From the NCBI GenBank assembly GCA_964450115.1, contig CAYVCD010000001.1:8410-72409 (forward strand): 64,000 bases of DNA, given 5' to 3'. Below the pieces are notes generated by a model. That model did not search any database, had not been told where the DNA came from, and saw only the letters and a list, made by a program, of their open reading frames with translations. This document shows, in pieces, positions 51,046 through 61,034 of this stretch (the stretch's first letter is position 1; the number at the start of each line of letters is the position of its first letter). Position numbers and translations under genes: made by a program. The DNA comes from an uncultured Planctomycetia bacterium (GTDB lineage Bacteria > Omnitrophota > Gorgyraeia > 2-01-FULL-45-10).

Positions 51046-53889
51046 ATGTTTGACGCTAGATCTAATACGCCAAGATCCGGTTTTGTAAGGCCTACAAAGG
51101 TAAAAGAAGGCTTCTTTACCTTGAGGCCTTTTTTTATTGTTTCGCTGGCTCTACTCTTTTCATTCAATGCATTAGGAGGTGACTTGTTAGTTGGTGAACT
51201 TTGGGCTGCCAGGGAGTCTTCGGGGCTTACTAGCGTCGGCCTTGACAGCACGGGCAGCCCATCACCTCTTAAAATCTTGAGCGCGGCCAACTTCACCCTG
51301 CCTCAGGAGCTTGGATACATTCAGGAATCTACCGAAGTCCCGAACTCCGGCAGGACCGTAATACATATCCAGGATGCCCATTGTAATTATGCCGCTCAGA
51401 AGTCAATTGCGGAAATATTGAACTATCTTACTACCGAATATGGCATCAATACCGTTAACTGCGAAGGCGCTGCCGAAGGTTATGACCTATCTCCGTTTAC
51501 CGATATACCCGAAAAAGAGGTGAGAGAGAAGACTGCCGACTTTTTCGTGAAGGAAGGAGTCGTGAGCGCGGCTGAATATTACGCTGTGAATAATCCCAAG
51601 AAGGTGAGCCTGTGGGGAGTGGAAGATCCGAATCTCTATCTGAAGAATCTGAAAGTATACAGGGACTCACTGGCACACAAAGATGAGGTAGATCTGTACA
51701 TCAAGTCTGTAAGATATATCCTCGACAACCTTAAGCGGCACATATATTCGGATGAATTGCAGGAGTTCGACAGGCAGTACACCGGATACAAAGAAGGCAA
51801 AATACCTTTTAAAGAGTATATGCTCTATCTTACCGCCGCGGCACGCAAGAGGATGATCGATATAAAATCTTTTCCCAACATATACCTCTTAAGCCAGACG
51901 CTCTCCGAAGAGGATAAGATAAATTTTAAGCACGCCAACAACGAGAAGGATGAGGTCGTCGATAAACTTAAGAAGTCCCTGTCGAGGAACGAAATGGAAG
52001 AGCTTATGACGATGGTCGCCAAGCTAAAGACTGAACGGATCTCTCAGGCCGATTTTTACGCCTATCTTGCAAAGAAGGCAAGATCGGTAAAGCTGGAGCT
52101 GAAAGATTATCCGGAACTTCATAATTACATCATATACATCTCAATATACGGAGCCATAGACAGGACAAAGATCACAAAAGAGATGGATGAACTAGAGAAC
52201 AAGATAAGCGAATCTCTGTACGAGAACGATACGCAGAGAGAGCTCGGTATATTATCCAAGAATCTCACGCTCACTAAGAATATATTCAACATATCTCTGA
52301 CCAGGGATGATTTTACGTACTATATGGAACATAGGTCCACATTCGCAGTGGCGAATTATGTCAAATTTATCGACGCCAACGCGCCTCTTTACAAAATAAG
52401 CGCTATTCTTAGTAAGAATATCGACAGGTTAGACCAATATCGGGATAATATGGACCAATTCTACGAGACTTCGCTCGAAAGGGATAAAGCGTTCATAAAG
52501 AATATTAAATTCACGGATCACGACAGGCCGAACTCTATAATAATCACTGGAGGTTTCCATACGGAGAACCTGCGCGAGCTTTTCAAGAATGAGAATGTAT
52601 CCTATATCTCGATAATGCCCAAGTTCAAGAATGAGAAAGATTATGTAAGCCCGTATATGAAGCGCCTAGCCGGCCAAAGGACGGCGATCGAGAACGTGAT
52701 CGATACGGCCATACCGGCTATCCTGAACCTGCAGGTCGCCGAGATATTGGCAGCGAGGCTTGCCGATTCGTTTTACGGTAAAATAACGGTAGAGTTCTTT
52801 AAACGCATATTGGTGCCGATGGTTGCCGCTCTCATAAGAGGCCAGAGTTTCATACTGCGAGTGGGTAGGGGCATTCGGGTCAAAGGCTCTGACAGGGACG
52901 ATCAGGAAAAATTCGTCATCTTCCCCAGGGGGCCGGGTCCGGATATCTTAGGAGACCCTGTAGTCAAGGCATCGCTAGAACCGAACCAGCAAGCGAACGC
53001 GGTCCTCACGAGGACAGCCTCAGGTGAGCTTGAATTTGGACCGGTCACCGGACAGCCTCAGGAAAAGGTTACCGAAACTATGCCTGAAGAAGAAGCAGTC
53101 GTGGAAGCACCGGCTGTGCCGGTAGGCGTGACACCTGCGTTGACGGACGAAGAGAGATTTGCGCAGGATGTTATACGGCCTCTTTCAGGCGACGTAAGAA
53201 AAGGAGTTTTGAACATCTATCTTATTAAGACCACGCCTCAGACAATAGCGGGCATGGCAGCCTCGGCCAGTGGAGCCAGGAACGTATTTGAGAAGAAGCT
53301 CGGACTAGACACGGTCATACTGTACTATACGGATGCTAAGGGGCAGAGGGCTCAGTTAAAGCGGCTGACTCAACTATTTTCGCAGAGGGAAAACAAGGAA
53401 AGATATCCCATGGCATTTGCAAATTGTATGGATACACAGGAGCTCAAGGCGGTGCGGGCCTTTATCAGCAGGAATCGTTCACTTAAAGATATGATAGCCA
53501 TAGGCAGGGACTTCGGCAAAGGAAGGAATCGAATCCCCGAACAGGTCAAGGTCATGTTCGTTGGCAGCACTATAATGAACGATAGAAGGTTGAGTAAGAC
53601 TTTTAATATGAGCGCCGCATCTCTATTCGAGAGCAGGAAGAATATGTTACAGGCTTTCGAAAAGTACGGCATTATCAGCATCAGCGATATAAACAAGGTC
53701 CTGTCAGCTAAAGGGAAGATGATAGAGATTTCCACCATAGATAGTCTCACAGTAGAACATGCTGACTTACTGGCAGATATAATGGATAATATCTGGAAGG
53801 GTGCCTTGTTATTGAATTGCTCGAAAGTAGACTGGAAGACATTCGATGAGTGGAAGAAGTCCCAGGAACAACTCCTGCGATCCGTCTAA
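51046..53889 (+). CDS. Large exported paralogue with HIQDAH...GGFH N-domain and unrelated C-terminal half; start uncertain
   Basis: IHIQDAHCNYAAQ, NCEG, LWGVED, ERD..F, TGGFHTENL shared with 46432-50799. Confidence 0.8.
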   Translation: MFDARSNTPRSGFVRPTKVKEGFFTLRPFFIVSLALLFSFNALGGDLLVGELWAARESSGLTSVGLDSTGSPSPLKILSAANFTLPQELGYIQESTEVPNSGRTVIHIQDAHCNYAAQKSIAEILNYLTTEYGINTVNCEGAAEGYDLSPFTDIPEKEVREKTADFFVKEGVVSAAEYYAVNNPKKVSLWGVEDPNLYLKNLKVYRDSLAHKDEVDLYIKSVRYILDNLKRHIYSDELQEFDRQYTGYKEGKIPFKEYMLYLTAAARKRMIDIKSFPNIYLLSQTLSEEDKINFKHANNEKDEVVDKLKKSLSRNEMEELMTMVAKLKTERISQADFYAYLAKKARSVKLELKDYPELHNYIIYISIYGAIDRTKITKEMDELENKISESLYENDTQRELGILSKNLTLTKNIFNISLTRDDFTYYMEHRSTFAVANYVKFIDANAPLYKISAILSKNIDRLDQYRDNMDQFYETSLERDKAFIKNIKFTDHDRPNSIIITGGFHTENLRELFKNENVSYISIMPKFKNEKDYVSPYMKRLAGQRTAIENVIDTAIPAILNLQVAEILAARLADSFYGKITVEFFKRILVPMVAALIRGQSFILRVGRGIRVKGSDRDDQEKFVIFPRGPGPDILGDPVVKASLEPNQQANAVLTRTASGELEFGPVTGQPQEKVTETMPEEEAVVEAPAVPVGVTPALTDEERFAQDVIRPLSGDVRKGVLNIYLIKTTPQTIAGMAASASGARNVFEKKLGLDTVILYYTDAKGQRAQLKRLTQLFSQRENKERYPMAFANCMDTQELKAVRAFISRNRSLKDMIAIGRDFGKGRNRIPEQVKVMFVGSTIMNDRRLSKTFNMSAASLFESRKNMLQAFEKYGIISISDINKVLSAKGKMIEISTIDSLTVEHADLLADIMDNIWKGALLLNCSKVDWKTFDEWKKSQEQLLRSV

Positions 53890-53919
53890 TCCGTAATAAC
53901 CAAATCCCGTATTTTTTTC

Positions 53920-53948
53920 TTGACAAATGATACCATTATGGTATCATT
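53920..53948 (+). promoter_or_regulatory. Promoter overlapped by a perfect 11-1-11 inverted repeat (Rrf2 operator candidate)
   Basis: TTGACA at 53920; aatgataccat-t-atggtatcatt at 53926-53948. Confidence 0.75.
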
Positions 53949-53965
53949 ATCGCACGAGGCTTAAG

Positions 53966-54370
53966 ATGAAACTGATATCGAGAAACACCGATTATGCAGT
54001 AAGAGCGGTCTGTTACATAGCGCGACAGGATAAAAGGATGGTATCCGTCGCAGAACTGGTGAAGGCTTTAGGGATCCCCAGGCCATTCTTGAGGAAGATA
54101 CTGCAGGTCTTGAATAAAAAAAGGATCCTCATCTCCAATAAAGGCTCCGGAGGCGGATTTAAGCTGGCTCGCAAGGAAGAGAAGATATTTTTATCGGAAC
54201 TTATGGAGGCGTTCCAGGGGCCTTTTAAATTAAATGAATGCACGTTCAAAAAAGAGTTATGCCCTAATAGAAAATTCTGCTGGCTTAAGAACAAGATAGA
54301 TATCATAGAAGATAAAGTGCTGTCAGAGTTAAGTACTGTTTCAATAGATTCCATACTGAAAGGAAAATAG
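53966..54370 (+). CDS. Rrf2-family transcriptional regulator with three Cys
   Basis: TDYAVRA, FLRKILQ.L, S.KG.GGGF.L, C-x5-C-x5-C. Confidence 0.92.
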   Translation: MKLISRNTDYAVRAVCYIARQDKRMVSVAELVKALGIPRPFLRKILQVLNKKRILISNKGSGGGFKLARKEEKIFLSELMEAFQGPFKLNECTFKKELCPNRKFCWLKNKIDIIEDKVLSELSTVSIDSILKGK

Positions 54371-54373
54371 CCT

Positions 54374-55255
54374 ATGGCTAAGAGAAAGATAATAAAGATA
54401 GATGAAGATAAGTGCAACGGCTGCAAGCTGTGTATTCCGAATTGTCCTGAAGGAGCTCTGCAGGTAATAGACGGTAAGGCGCGGCTGATCAGTGATCTAT
54501 TCTGTGATGGCCTTGGCGCATGTATAGGCCATTGCCCTCAAGGCGCTATCAATATAGAGGAAAGAGAAGCCGAAAAGTACGATGAGAAGAAGGTTATGGT
54601 TAATATAGTGAAGCATGGCAAGAATACCATAATCGCGCATATAAAACACTTAAGGGAGCACAACGAGTTTGGTTATCTCAAAGAGGCCATGGACTATCTT
54701 GTTACCAAAGGTATAAAGATAAGGCCAGGTGATCTCACAGATACAGTTGCTTCGGGCCCATGCGGTTGTCCGGGTTCAAAGGTCAGCCAACAAAAAAATG
54801 CCGGTCTTGCTCCCGAAAAGCGCCTGCCCGACTGCACGCTAACTCCATCGAGGCAGGCGGGCCTGACCCCTTCGAAGACCCCTTCACGGCTTACAACATG
54901 GCCGGTGCAGTTAAAGCTGGTGCCGGCCTTCGCGCCGTTCCTAAATGGCGCGGATCTCCTGATAGCGGCGGACTGTGTGCCATTCGCGTATGCCGACTTC
55001 CACGAGGACCTCTTAAAAGGAAAGATACTGCTCGTAGGGTGTCCGAAGCTGGATGACATCGCGTATCATAAGGAGAAGATAACTCAAATCATAATGAATA
55101 ATGATATTAAGTCCATAACACACGCTCATATGGAGGTGCCGTGTTGTTTTGGTTTTCTATCTATAATAAAGGACGCGATCGCGCAATCAGGGAAGAAGAT
55201 CCCTTTCAGCGATGTTACTATCAGCATAACCGGAGAAAGAATAAAGGAGGTTTAA
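54374..55255 (+). CDS. 4Fe-4S dicluster protein (hcp-associated type)
   Basis: CNGCKLCIPNCP, CDGLGACIGHCP, GCPGS, WPVQL.L, ADC, GCPKLD, MEVPCC. Confidence 0.9.
   Translation: MAKRKIIKIDEDKCNGCKLCIPNCPEGALQVIDGKARLISDLFCDGLGACIGHCPQGAINIEEREAEKYDEKKVMVNIVKHGKNTIIAHIKHLREHNEFGYLKEAMDYLVTKGIKIRPGDLTDTVASGPCGCPGSKVSQQKNAGLAPEKRLPDCTLTPSRQAGLTPSKTPSRLTTWPVQLKLVPAFAPFLNGADLLIAADCVPFAYADFHEDLLKGKILLVGCPKLDDIAYHKEKITQIIMNNDIKSITHAHMEVPCCFGFLSIIKDAIAQSGKKIPFSDVTISITGERIKEV
54821..54860. repeat. In-frame palindromic insertion in the linker of the 4Fe-4S protein
   Basis: cgcctgcc...ggcaggcg stem; ends resemble the riboswitch insert. Confidence 0.6.
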
Positions 55256-55257
55256 AT

Positions 55258-56547
55258 ATGTTCTGTTATCAATGCGAACAGGCGGCAGGTGGTACGGGAT
55301 GCACGAAAGTCGGGGTTTGCGGTAAGAATGAGGATATACAGAGTCTTCAGGATACGCTTTTATACGGATTAAAAGGGATAGCCGCCTATGCATATCATGC
55401 CAGAGAGCTTGGCGCCCGCAATGAAGATGTCGACGCGTTTATGCACGAAGCGCTATTCAAAACAGTGACGAATGTGAGCTTTGACCTTAATCAGCATATT
55501 GCGATGGTGCTGAAGTGCGGCCAGATGAACCTTAAAGTAATGGAGCTTCTCGATAAAGCGCATACTGATAAATTTGGCAAGCCAACTCCTGTCGAGGTCG
55601 ATACCGGTACGAGAGCAGGCCCCGGCATACTTGTTACGGGCCACGATCTTCTTATGCTCCATAGGCTTCTTGAACAGACAGAGGGGTTCGGCGTAAATAT
55701 ATATACCCACGGTGAGATGCTCCCTGCGCATGGTTATCCGGGGTTAAGAAAATTCAAGCACCTTGCCGGTAACTATGGCGGCGCGTGGCAGGACCAGAAG
55801 AAGGAGTTTGCGGCCTTTTCGGGCCCAATATTGGTGAACACGAACTGCGTAATAATACCCCCGCCAAATTCATATCTTGATCGGCTATTTACCGTCGGCC
55901 TGCCCGGAGTGCCGGGCGCCAAGCATATAGAAGGCCATGATTTTGCAGAAGTGATAAAGATGGCAAAGAAGCTTCCCGCCCTTCCGGCGGCTTCGGGCAA
56001 GAAGATATTGACGGGATTTCACTATACCGCCATACTCGGGCTTGCCGAAAAAATAGTGGGTCTGGTAAAATCCGGTAAGATCAAGAGGTTCTTCCTGATC
56101 GGAGGATGCGACGGAGCGAAGCCAGGGAGGAATTATTACACCGAATTTGCCGAGAGCGTCCCCAAGGACTGCGTGATACTCACCGTAGCCTGCGGCAAAT
56201 ACCGTTTCAATAAGCTCGATTTCGGTAATATCGATGGAGTACCGAGGCTCATAGATCTGGGACAGTGTAATGACGCTTATTCAGGAGTCCAGGTGGCCCT
56301 GGCGCTCGCCAAGGTCTTCAATTGCGGCGTAAACGATCTGCCGCTTTCGTTCGTCCTTTCGTGGTTTGAGCAGAAAGCGGTGGCGATCCTCTTAACCCTG
56401 TTATCTCTGGGGATCAAAGGCATCAGGATAGGCCCTACACCTCCGGCCTTCATAACGCCGAATGTATTTAAGGTATTGCAGGAGAATTTTGACCTTAAAT
56501 TGATCAAGACTCCGGAAGAGGACTTGAAGGAGATACTGAAGAAGTAA
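55258..56547 (+). CDS. hcp: Hybrid cluster protein (hydroxylamine reductase), short type
   Basis: MFCYQCEQ..GCT..GVCGK, TGHDL, THGEMLPAH, GGCDG, GQCND, SWFEQKA; GGAGG RBS. Confidence 0.95.
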   Translation: MFCYQCEQAAGGTGCTKVGVCGKNEDIQSLQDTLLYGLKGIAAYAYHARELGARNEDVDAFMHEALFKTVTNVSFDLNQHIAMVLKCGQMNLKVMELLDKAHTDKFGKPTPVEVDTGTRAGPGILVTGHDLLMLHRLLEQTEGFGVNIYTHGEMLPAHGYPGLRKFKHLAGNYGGAWQDQKKEFAAFSGPILVNTNCVIIPPPNSYLDRLFTVGLPGVPGAKHIEGHDFAEVIKMAKKLPALPAASGKKILTGFHYTAILGLAEKIVGLVKSGKIKRFFLIGGCDGAKPGRNYYTEFAESVPKDCVILTVACGKYRFNKLDFGNIDGVPRLIDLGQCNDAYSGVQVALALAKVFNCGVNDLPLSFVLSWFEQKAVAILLTLLSLGIKGIRIGPTPPAFITPNVFKVLQENFDLKLIKTPEEDLKEILKK

Positions 56548-56609
56548 TATTCTTTATTAAAAATTAGTTATATGTTAGAATAGAAAACCCAAAAGAAGGA
56601 GATCTTAAA

Positions 56610-56831
56610 ATGAAGGAGAAGATAGAGGCTGCGTTAAAGAAGATACGTCCGATGCTTCAGGCGGATGGCGGAGATATAGAGCTTGTAGATGTCTCCAAAG
56701 ACGGCGTCGTAAAAGTCAAACTTACCGGAGCGTGCGGATGCTGCCCGATGAGCCAGATAACATTAAAGAATGCCGTAGAGCAGAAGCTGAAGAAGGAAGT
56801 ACCCGGGATAAAATCAGTTATATCTGCGTAA
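56610..56831 (+). CDS. NifU/NfuA C-terminal domain protein
   Basis: [27 protein letters not shown]. Confidence 0.92.
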   Translation: MKEKIEAALKKIRPMLQADGGDIELVDVSKDGVVKVKLTGACGCCPMSQITLKNAVEQKLKKEVPGIKSVISA

Positions 56832-56856
56832 CAAAGGCTTAAGAGGAGGATTTGGT

Positions 56857-57015
56857 ATGGATAAATATAAGTGCCTGATATGCGGTTATATTTATGATCC
56901 CGCTTTGGGCGATCCGGATAGAGGGGTTAATCCCGGGACAGCTTTTGAAGCTTTACCGAAGGATTGGGTATGTCCCGAGTGCGGCGCTCCGAAGAGCGAG
57001 TTTGAAAAAATATAA
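56857..57015 (+). CDS. Rubredoxin (52 aa; missing from the ORF track)
   Basis: Hand translation [52 protein letters not shown]; GAGGAGG RBS. Confidence 0.95.
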   Translation: MDKYKCLICGYIYDPALGDPDRGVNPGTAFEALPKDWVCPECGAPKSEFEKI

Positions 57016-57026
57016 ATAGGAGGTGC

Positions 57027-57215
57027 GTGGTGAAGGCAAGAGTAGATGCGGATGCATGCATAGGATGCGGACTTTGTGAAGGCACTTGTCCGGAAGTCTT
57101 CAAGATGGATGGCGATAAAGCGGTTATCATAGGCTCCGTAGTTCCCAAGGGTGCGGAAGATACCTGCAAAAAAGCGACCGAAGAATGCCCGGTCACGGCG
57201 ATAATATTAAGCTAA
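57027..57215 (+). CDS. Single-cluster ferredoxin
   Basis: CIGCGLC...CPEVF...CPV.AI. Confidence 0.92.
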   Translation: MVKARVDADACIGCGLCEGTCPEVFKMDGDKAVIIGSVVPKGAEDTCKKATEECPVTAIILS

Positions 57216-57242
57216 ATATCGGCTGCAACATAAGAAGAGATA

Positions 57243-57758
57243 ATGGACCCGAACGTACTGCATAATATAAGCTACGGCATGTTTATAGTGTCGTCGAATA
57301 AAGATAAGGCCTTGAACGGCCAGATAGCCAATACGGTATTTCAGATAACGAGTGCTCCCGTTACGATAGCCATCAGTATAAATAATAAGAATATGACGCA
57401 TGAATTCATAAAGGCGAGCGGCGTATTCGGCATATCGATATTGAGCGAGGAAGCGACTCTTCCATTTATAGGGAAGTTCGGTTTTAAATCGGGAAGGAAC
57501 GAAGATAAGTTCAAGGACGTAGGTTTCAAGATCCTGCCATCAGGGTGCCCCATAGTGACCGATTATTCTATAGCGTATATAGAGGCAAAGGTCATAAACT
57601 GTTTCGACTGCCTGACGCATACGCTCTTTTTGGGCGAGATGACCGATTCTGCCATGTTAAAAGAGGGCAGGCCCATGACTTATGATCATTACCACCAGGT
57701 GAAGCGCGGGTTCACACCGCCATCGGCGCCCACATTCATAAAAGGAGAGAAGAGGTAG
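57243..57758 (+). CDS. Flavin reductase-like protein (high-molecular-weight rubredoxin N-domain type)
   Basis: ISYGMFIVS, NGQIANTVFQ, FGFKSGR..DKF, THTLF.G. Confidence 0.88.
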   Translation: MDPNVLHNISYGMFIVSSNKDKALNGQIANTVFQITSAPVTIAISINNKNMTHEFIKASGVFGISILSEEATLPFIGKFGFKSGRNEDKFKDVGFKILPSGCPIVTDYSIAYIEAKVINCFDCLTHTLFLGEMTDSAMLKEGRPMTYDHYHQVKRGFTPPSAPTFIKGEKR

Positions 57759-57762
57759 ATAT

Positions 57763-58947
57763 ATGAAGCCGGTTGAGATCAAAAAAGGTATCTACTGGGT
57801 CGGCGCGGTCGATTGGAACGCGAGATCTTTTCATGGGCACACATATACCACGCAGAGAGGCACTACCTATAATGCATACCTTATAGTAGACGAAAAGATA
57901 GCATTAGTCGATACGGTATATGGTCCATTTGCCAACGAGATGATAGAGAAGATCAGCGACATAATCCCTCTCGAAAAGATAGACTATGTAATAGCGAACC
58001 ATGTAGAGACGGATCATTCGGGCGCCCTGCCCGAGCTGATGAAGCTTTGCCCTAAAGCAAAGGTAGTCGGGACTGCCAAGTGCAAAGAGGGCTTATACAA
58101 GCACTACTATGGCAACTGGGATTTTCAGATAGTCAAGACGGGCGACTCGATAAAATTGGGCAAGAGGACCCTTTCGTTCGTAGAGGCGCCGATGATCCAC
58201 TGGCCCGACAGCATGTTCACATATTGCCCTGAAGAGAAGCTGCTCCTTCCGAACGACGCGTTCGGACAACATTATGCCACGAGCGAGAGATTCGATGATG
58301 AAGTCGACCAATCCGTTCTCATGGATGAGGCGACTAAATATTACGCCAACATTTTATGGCCGCTCGGTTCTATGATATTGAGAAAGCTGGAAGAGGTGAT
58401 GAAGATGGGGATCCCCATCGATATGATCGCCCCCAGCCACGGCATAATATGGCGCAAAGATCCGATGAAGATAGTGAACGCTTATCTCTCGTGGGCTAAG
58501 AATGAGCACGCGAAGAAGGTCGTCATCATATATGAAACTATGTGGGGAGCTACCGCCAGGATGGCAAGGGCTATTGCCCAGGGTATAGCAGATTCCGGGG
58601 TGAGCGTAAAGCTGTTCGATATAAATCAATCGGACAAGACCGAGGTCATAAGTCAGATGCTTTCCGCCAGGGGCTACCTTATAGGTTCATCGACCCATGA
58701 TAACTGCATGCTCCCGAGCATAGCCGGATTTCTGGAGCTCCTGAAAGGGTTTAAGCCGAAGGGTAGAAGTGCAGCGGCCTTCGGATCCTACGGCTGGGCG
58801 GGCGGGGCGGTAAATTCCATAGAGGAGATCCTTAAAGTTGCAGGCCTTGGCATAGCGCTGGCGCCGATCTCATTCAAATACGTTCCCGATGCTAATGAGA
58901 TGAAGAAATGTTATGATTACGGGAAAGAGTTCGTATCTAAACTGTAA
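57763..58947 (+). CDS. fprA: Flavodiiron protein (FprA)
   Basis: GTTYNAYL, NHVETDHSG, HWPDSM, NDAFGQH, APSHG; flavodoxin domain TMWG.T, FGSYGW. Confidence 0.95.
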   Translation: MKPVEIKKGIYWVGAVDWNARSFHGHTYTTQRGTTYNAYLIVDEKIALVDTVYGPFANEMIEKISDIIPLEKIDYVIANHVETDHSGALPELMKLCPKAKVVGTAKCKEGLYKHYYGNWDFQIVKTGDSIKLGKRTLSFVEAPMIHWPDSMFTYCPEEKLLLPNDAFGQHYATSERFDDEVDQSVLMDEATKYYANILWPLGSMILRKLEEVMKMGIPIDMIAPSHGIIWRKDPMKIVNAYLSWAKNEHAKKVVIIYETMWGATARMARAIAQGIADSGVSVKLFDINQSDKTEVISQMLSARGYLIGSSTHDNCMLPSIAGFLELLKGFKPKGRSAAAFGSYGWAGGAVNSIEEILKVAGLGIALAPISFKYVPDANEMKKCYDYGKEFVSKL

Positions 58948-58967
58948 CAAAACAAAGGAGGAGTAAA

Positions 58968-59444
58968 ATGGGCAAAGAAGGTACAAAGGTAGCAGCGGTA
59001 GACGTGAAGGAGTTGATAAAGGACCTTAATAGAGCTTATGCCGATGAATGGCTCGCTCACTATTCTTACCTCTATATGGCAAGGACATGTACGGGCATGA
59101 TGTATGAGGACATGGCCGAATTTTTAGAAGAGACCGCCAAGGATGAAGCGGAGCATGCCGGAGAGCTGGCCGACAGGATACAGGAGCTCGGCGGACTGCC
59201 GCTGGCGAACTTCTCGGATCTCGAGAAACAGTGTAATGCCCCTTATCCGAAGCCGCCTAAGAGCACATCGGACTACAAGGGCATGATAAAGGTCGTCATG
59301 GATGCCGAGGCCGGAGCTATCGATGTATACAATAAGATAGCAGAGAAGACAAAAGGCAAGGACCATGTGACGTATCAGCTTGTATGCCACATACTCGGAG
59401 AAGAGGTCGGACACGAAGAGAAGTTCGAGGATCTGCTCGGATAA
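58968..59444 (+). CDS. Ferritin-like Dps-like (DpsL/bacterioferritin-type) protein
   Basis: ADEWLA.Y.Y, E..H, E..AI..Y, EE..HE diiron ligands. Confidence 0.85.
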   Translation: MGKEGTKVAAVDVKELIKDLNRAYADEWLAHYSYLYMARTCTGMMYEDMAEFLEETAKDEAEHAGELADRIQELGGLPLANFSDLEKQCNAPYPKPPKSTSDYKGMIKVVMDAEAGAIDVYNKIAEKTKGKDHVTYQLVCHILGEEVGHEEKFEDLLG

Positions 59445-59458
59445 TAGAGGAGGTTTTT

Positions 59459-59854
59459 ATGGCTGAATTAAAGGATACGCTCCAGTCGGCCGACTGGAAG
59501 AAGGAGAAGCATGTGCCCGCGATCGATTCGCCAGACAAGTGTAAAAAAGGTGAATTGGTAAATGCAACATTCACGGTGGGTAAAGAGATAGCTCATCCCA
59601 ATACGACGGAGCACCATATCAGGTGGATATCGGTATTCTTTCTGCCGGACGGGGAAAAGTTCCCCGTCCAGATAGCGAGGTCGGAATTCGACGCTCACGG
59701 CGAATCTGCGGGTGGACCGAATATGAGCACCGTCTACACTCATCCGGAGGCGACGGTGAGCTTTAAGACTGATAAGCCTGGGACGATACTGGCATCCAGT
59801 TACTGCAATATACACGGATTGTGGCAGAGCTCAAAAAGACTGGAGATAGCATGA
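59459..59854 (+). CDS. Superoxide reductase (neelaredoxin/class II SOR)
   Basis: EKHVP, HPNTTEHHI.WI, YCNIHGLW. Confidence 0.92.
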   Translation: MAELKDTLQSADWKKEKHVPAIDSPDKCKKGELVNATFTVGKEIAHPNTTEHHIRWISVFFLPDGEKFPVQIARSEFDAHGESAGGPNMSTVYTHPEATVSFKTDKPGTILASSYCNIHGLWQSSKRLEIA

Positions 59855-60087
59855 CGAAAAAGATAAAGGTATATTCCACACCCACATGCCCTTTCTGCAT
59901 AAGAGCGAAGCAGTTCTTGAAAGAGAGCGCGGTGAGCTTTGAGGATATCGATGTCTCAGTGAACCAGGAGGCTGCCCAGGAGATGATAAAGAAGTCAGGG
60001 CAGATGGGTGTACCGGTGATCGATATCGAGGGCGAGCTGATAGTCGGCTTCGACAAAGATAAGATAAAGAGATCGTTGGGACTGTAA
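59851..60087 (+). CDS. Glutaredoxin-like protein (NrdH/YruB type)
   Basis: YSTPTCPFC, SGQMGVPVI, VGFD. Confidence 0.92.
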   Translation: MTKKIKVYSTPTCPFCIRAKQFLKESAVSFEDIDVSVNQEAAQEMIKKSGQMGVPVIDIEGELIVGFDKDKIKRSLGL

Positions 60088-60098
60088 ACTAAAAAAAC

Positions 60099-61001
60099 AT
60101 GTACGACCTCATCATCATCGGTGCCGGTCCGGCAGGGATCACGGCGACAGTCTACGCCGCCAGAAAGAAGATGGATTTTCTCGTCATCTCAGGCGATATC
60201 GGCGGCCAGGCGGCGTGGAGCGGAGACATAGAGAACTACACCGGGTACCAGTTCATTACGGGCCCGGAGCTCGCCTCGAAGTTTGAAGAGCATATGCGTA
60301 AATACGGCGTGGCGATGAGGGAGGGCGAGAGCGTCCTGGATATTAAAAAGGTGGATGACAAGGTCGTAGTAAAGACCGATAAGGGTCAGTATGAATCCAA
60401 GACCGTTATCATCGCTTCAGGAAAAAGATCCAGAGAGCTTTCGGTCCCCGGTGAGAAAGAGTTCAAGAATAAAGGTCTGACATACTGCGCCACCTGCGAC
60501 GGGCCTCTCTTTTCGGGCAAGGATGTCGCCGTAATAGGCGGCGGCAACTCCGCTCTCGACGCAGTGCTCCAACTGATGAAGATAGCCCACCGCATCTACC
60601 TTATCAATATAGTATCCCACCTGACGGGCGACCCGGTCATGATAGAGAAGGTGCATGAAAGCGATATAGTTACCGTCATGAACAACGCAAGGGTTCTCGA
60701 GATCATGGGCGACGGGATGGTAAGCGGCATTAAAGTAAGATGCGACGGTGAAGAGAAGGCTCTCCCCGTCGGGGGTATATTCGTCGAGATAGGCCTCATA
60801 CCGAACTCTCATTTTGCGCCTGATATTGAAAAGAACGCTCTCGGAGAGATAAAAGTGGATTGTCATAACCGCACCAATGTTCCCGGTATATTCGCCGCGG
60901 GAGATGTCACGGATGTCCCCGAAAAGCAGATAATAATAGCCGCAGGCGAAGGTTCCAAAGCAAGCCTGGCGGCATTCAAATATTTGAATCAACGTAGATG
61001 A
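60099..61001 (+). CDS. Thioredoxin reductase / AhpF C-terminal-like disulfide reductase
   Basis: GAGPAG, YCATCDG, GGGNSA, FAAGD. Confidence 0.93.
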   Translation: MYDLIIIGAGPAGITATVYAARKKMDFLVISGDIGGQAAWSGDIENYTGYQFITGPELASKFEEHMRKYGVAMREGESVLDIKKVDDKVVVKTDKGQYESKTVIIASGKRSRELSVPGEKEFKNKGLTYCATCDGPLFSGKDVAVIGGGNSALDAVLQLMKIAHRIYLINIVSHLTGDPVMIEKVHESDIVTVMNNARVLEIMGDGMVSGIKVRCDGEEKALPVGGIFVEIGLIPNSHFAPDIEKNALGEIKVDCHNRTNVPGIFAAGDVTDVPEKQIIIAAGEGSKASLAAFKYLNQRR

Positions 61002-61034
61002 GTTTTTAAGCCTTAAGCTGTAAGCTATAAGATT

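Noticed and set aside
61007-61034. Heptamer run taagcct-taagctg-taagcta-taagatt
   Set aside because: Four degenerate units in a short spacer; too little to assign a function.
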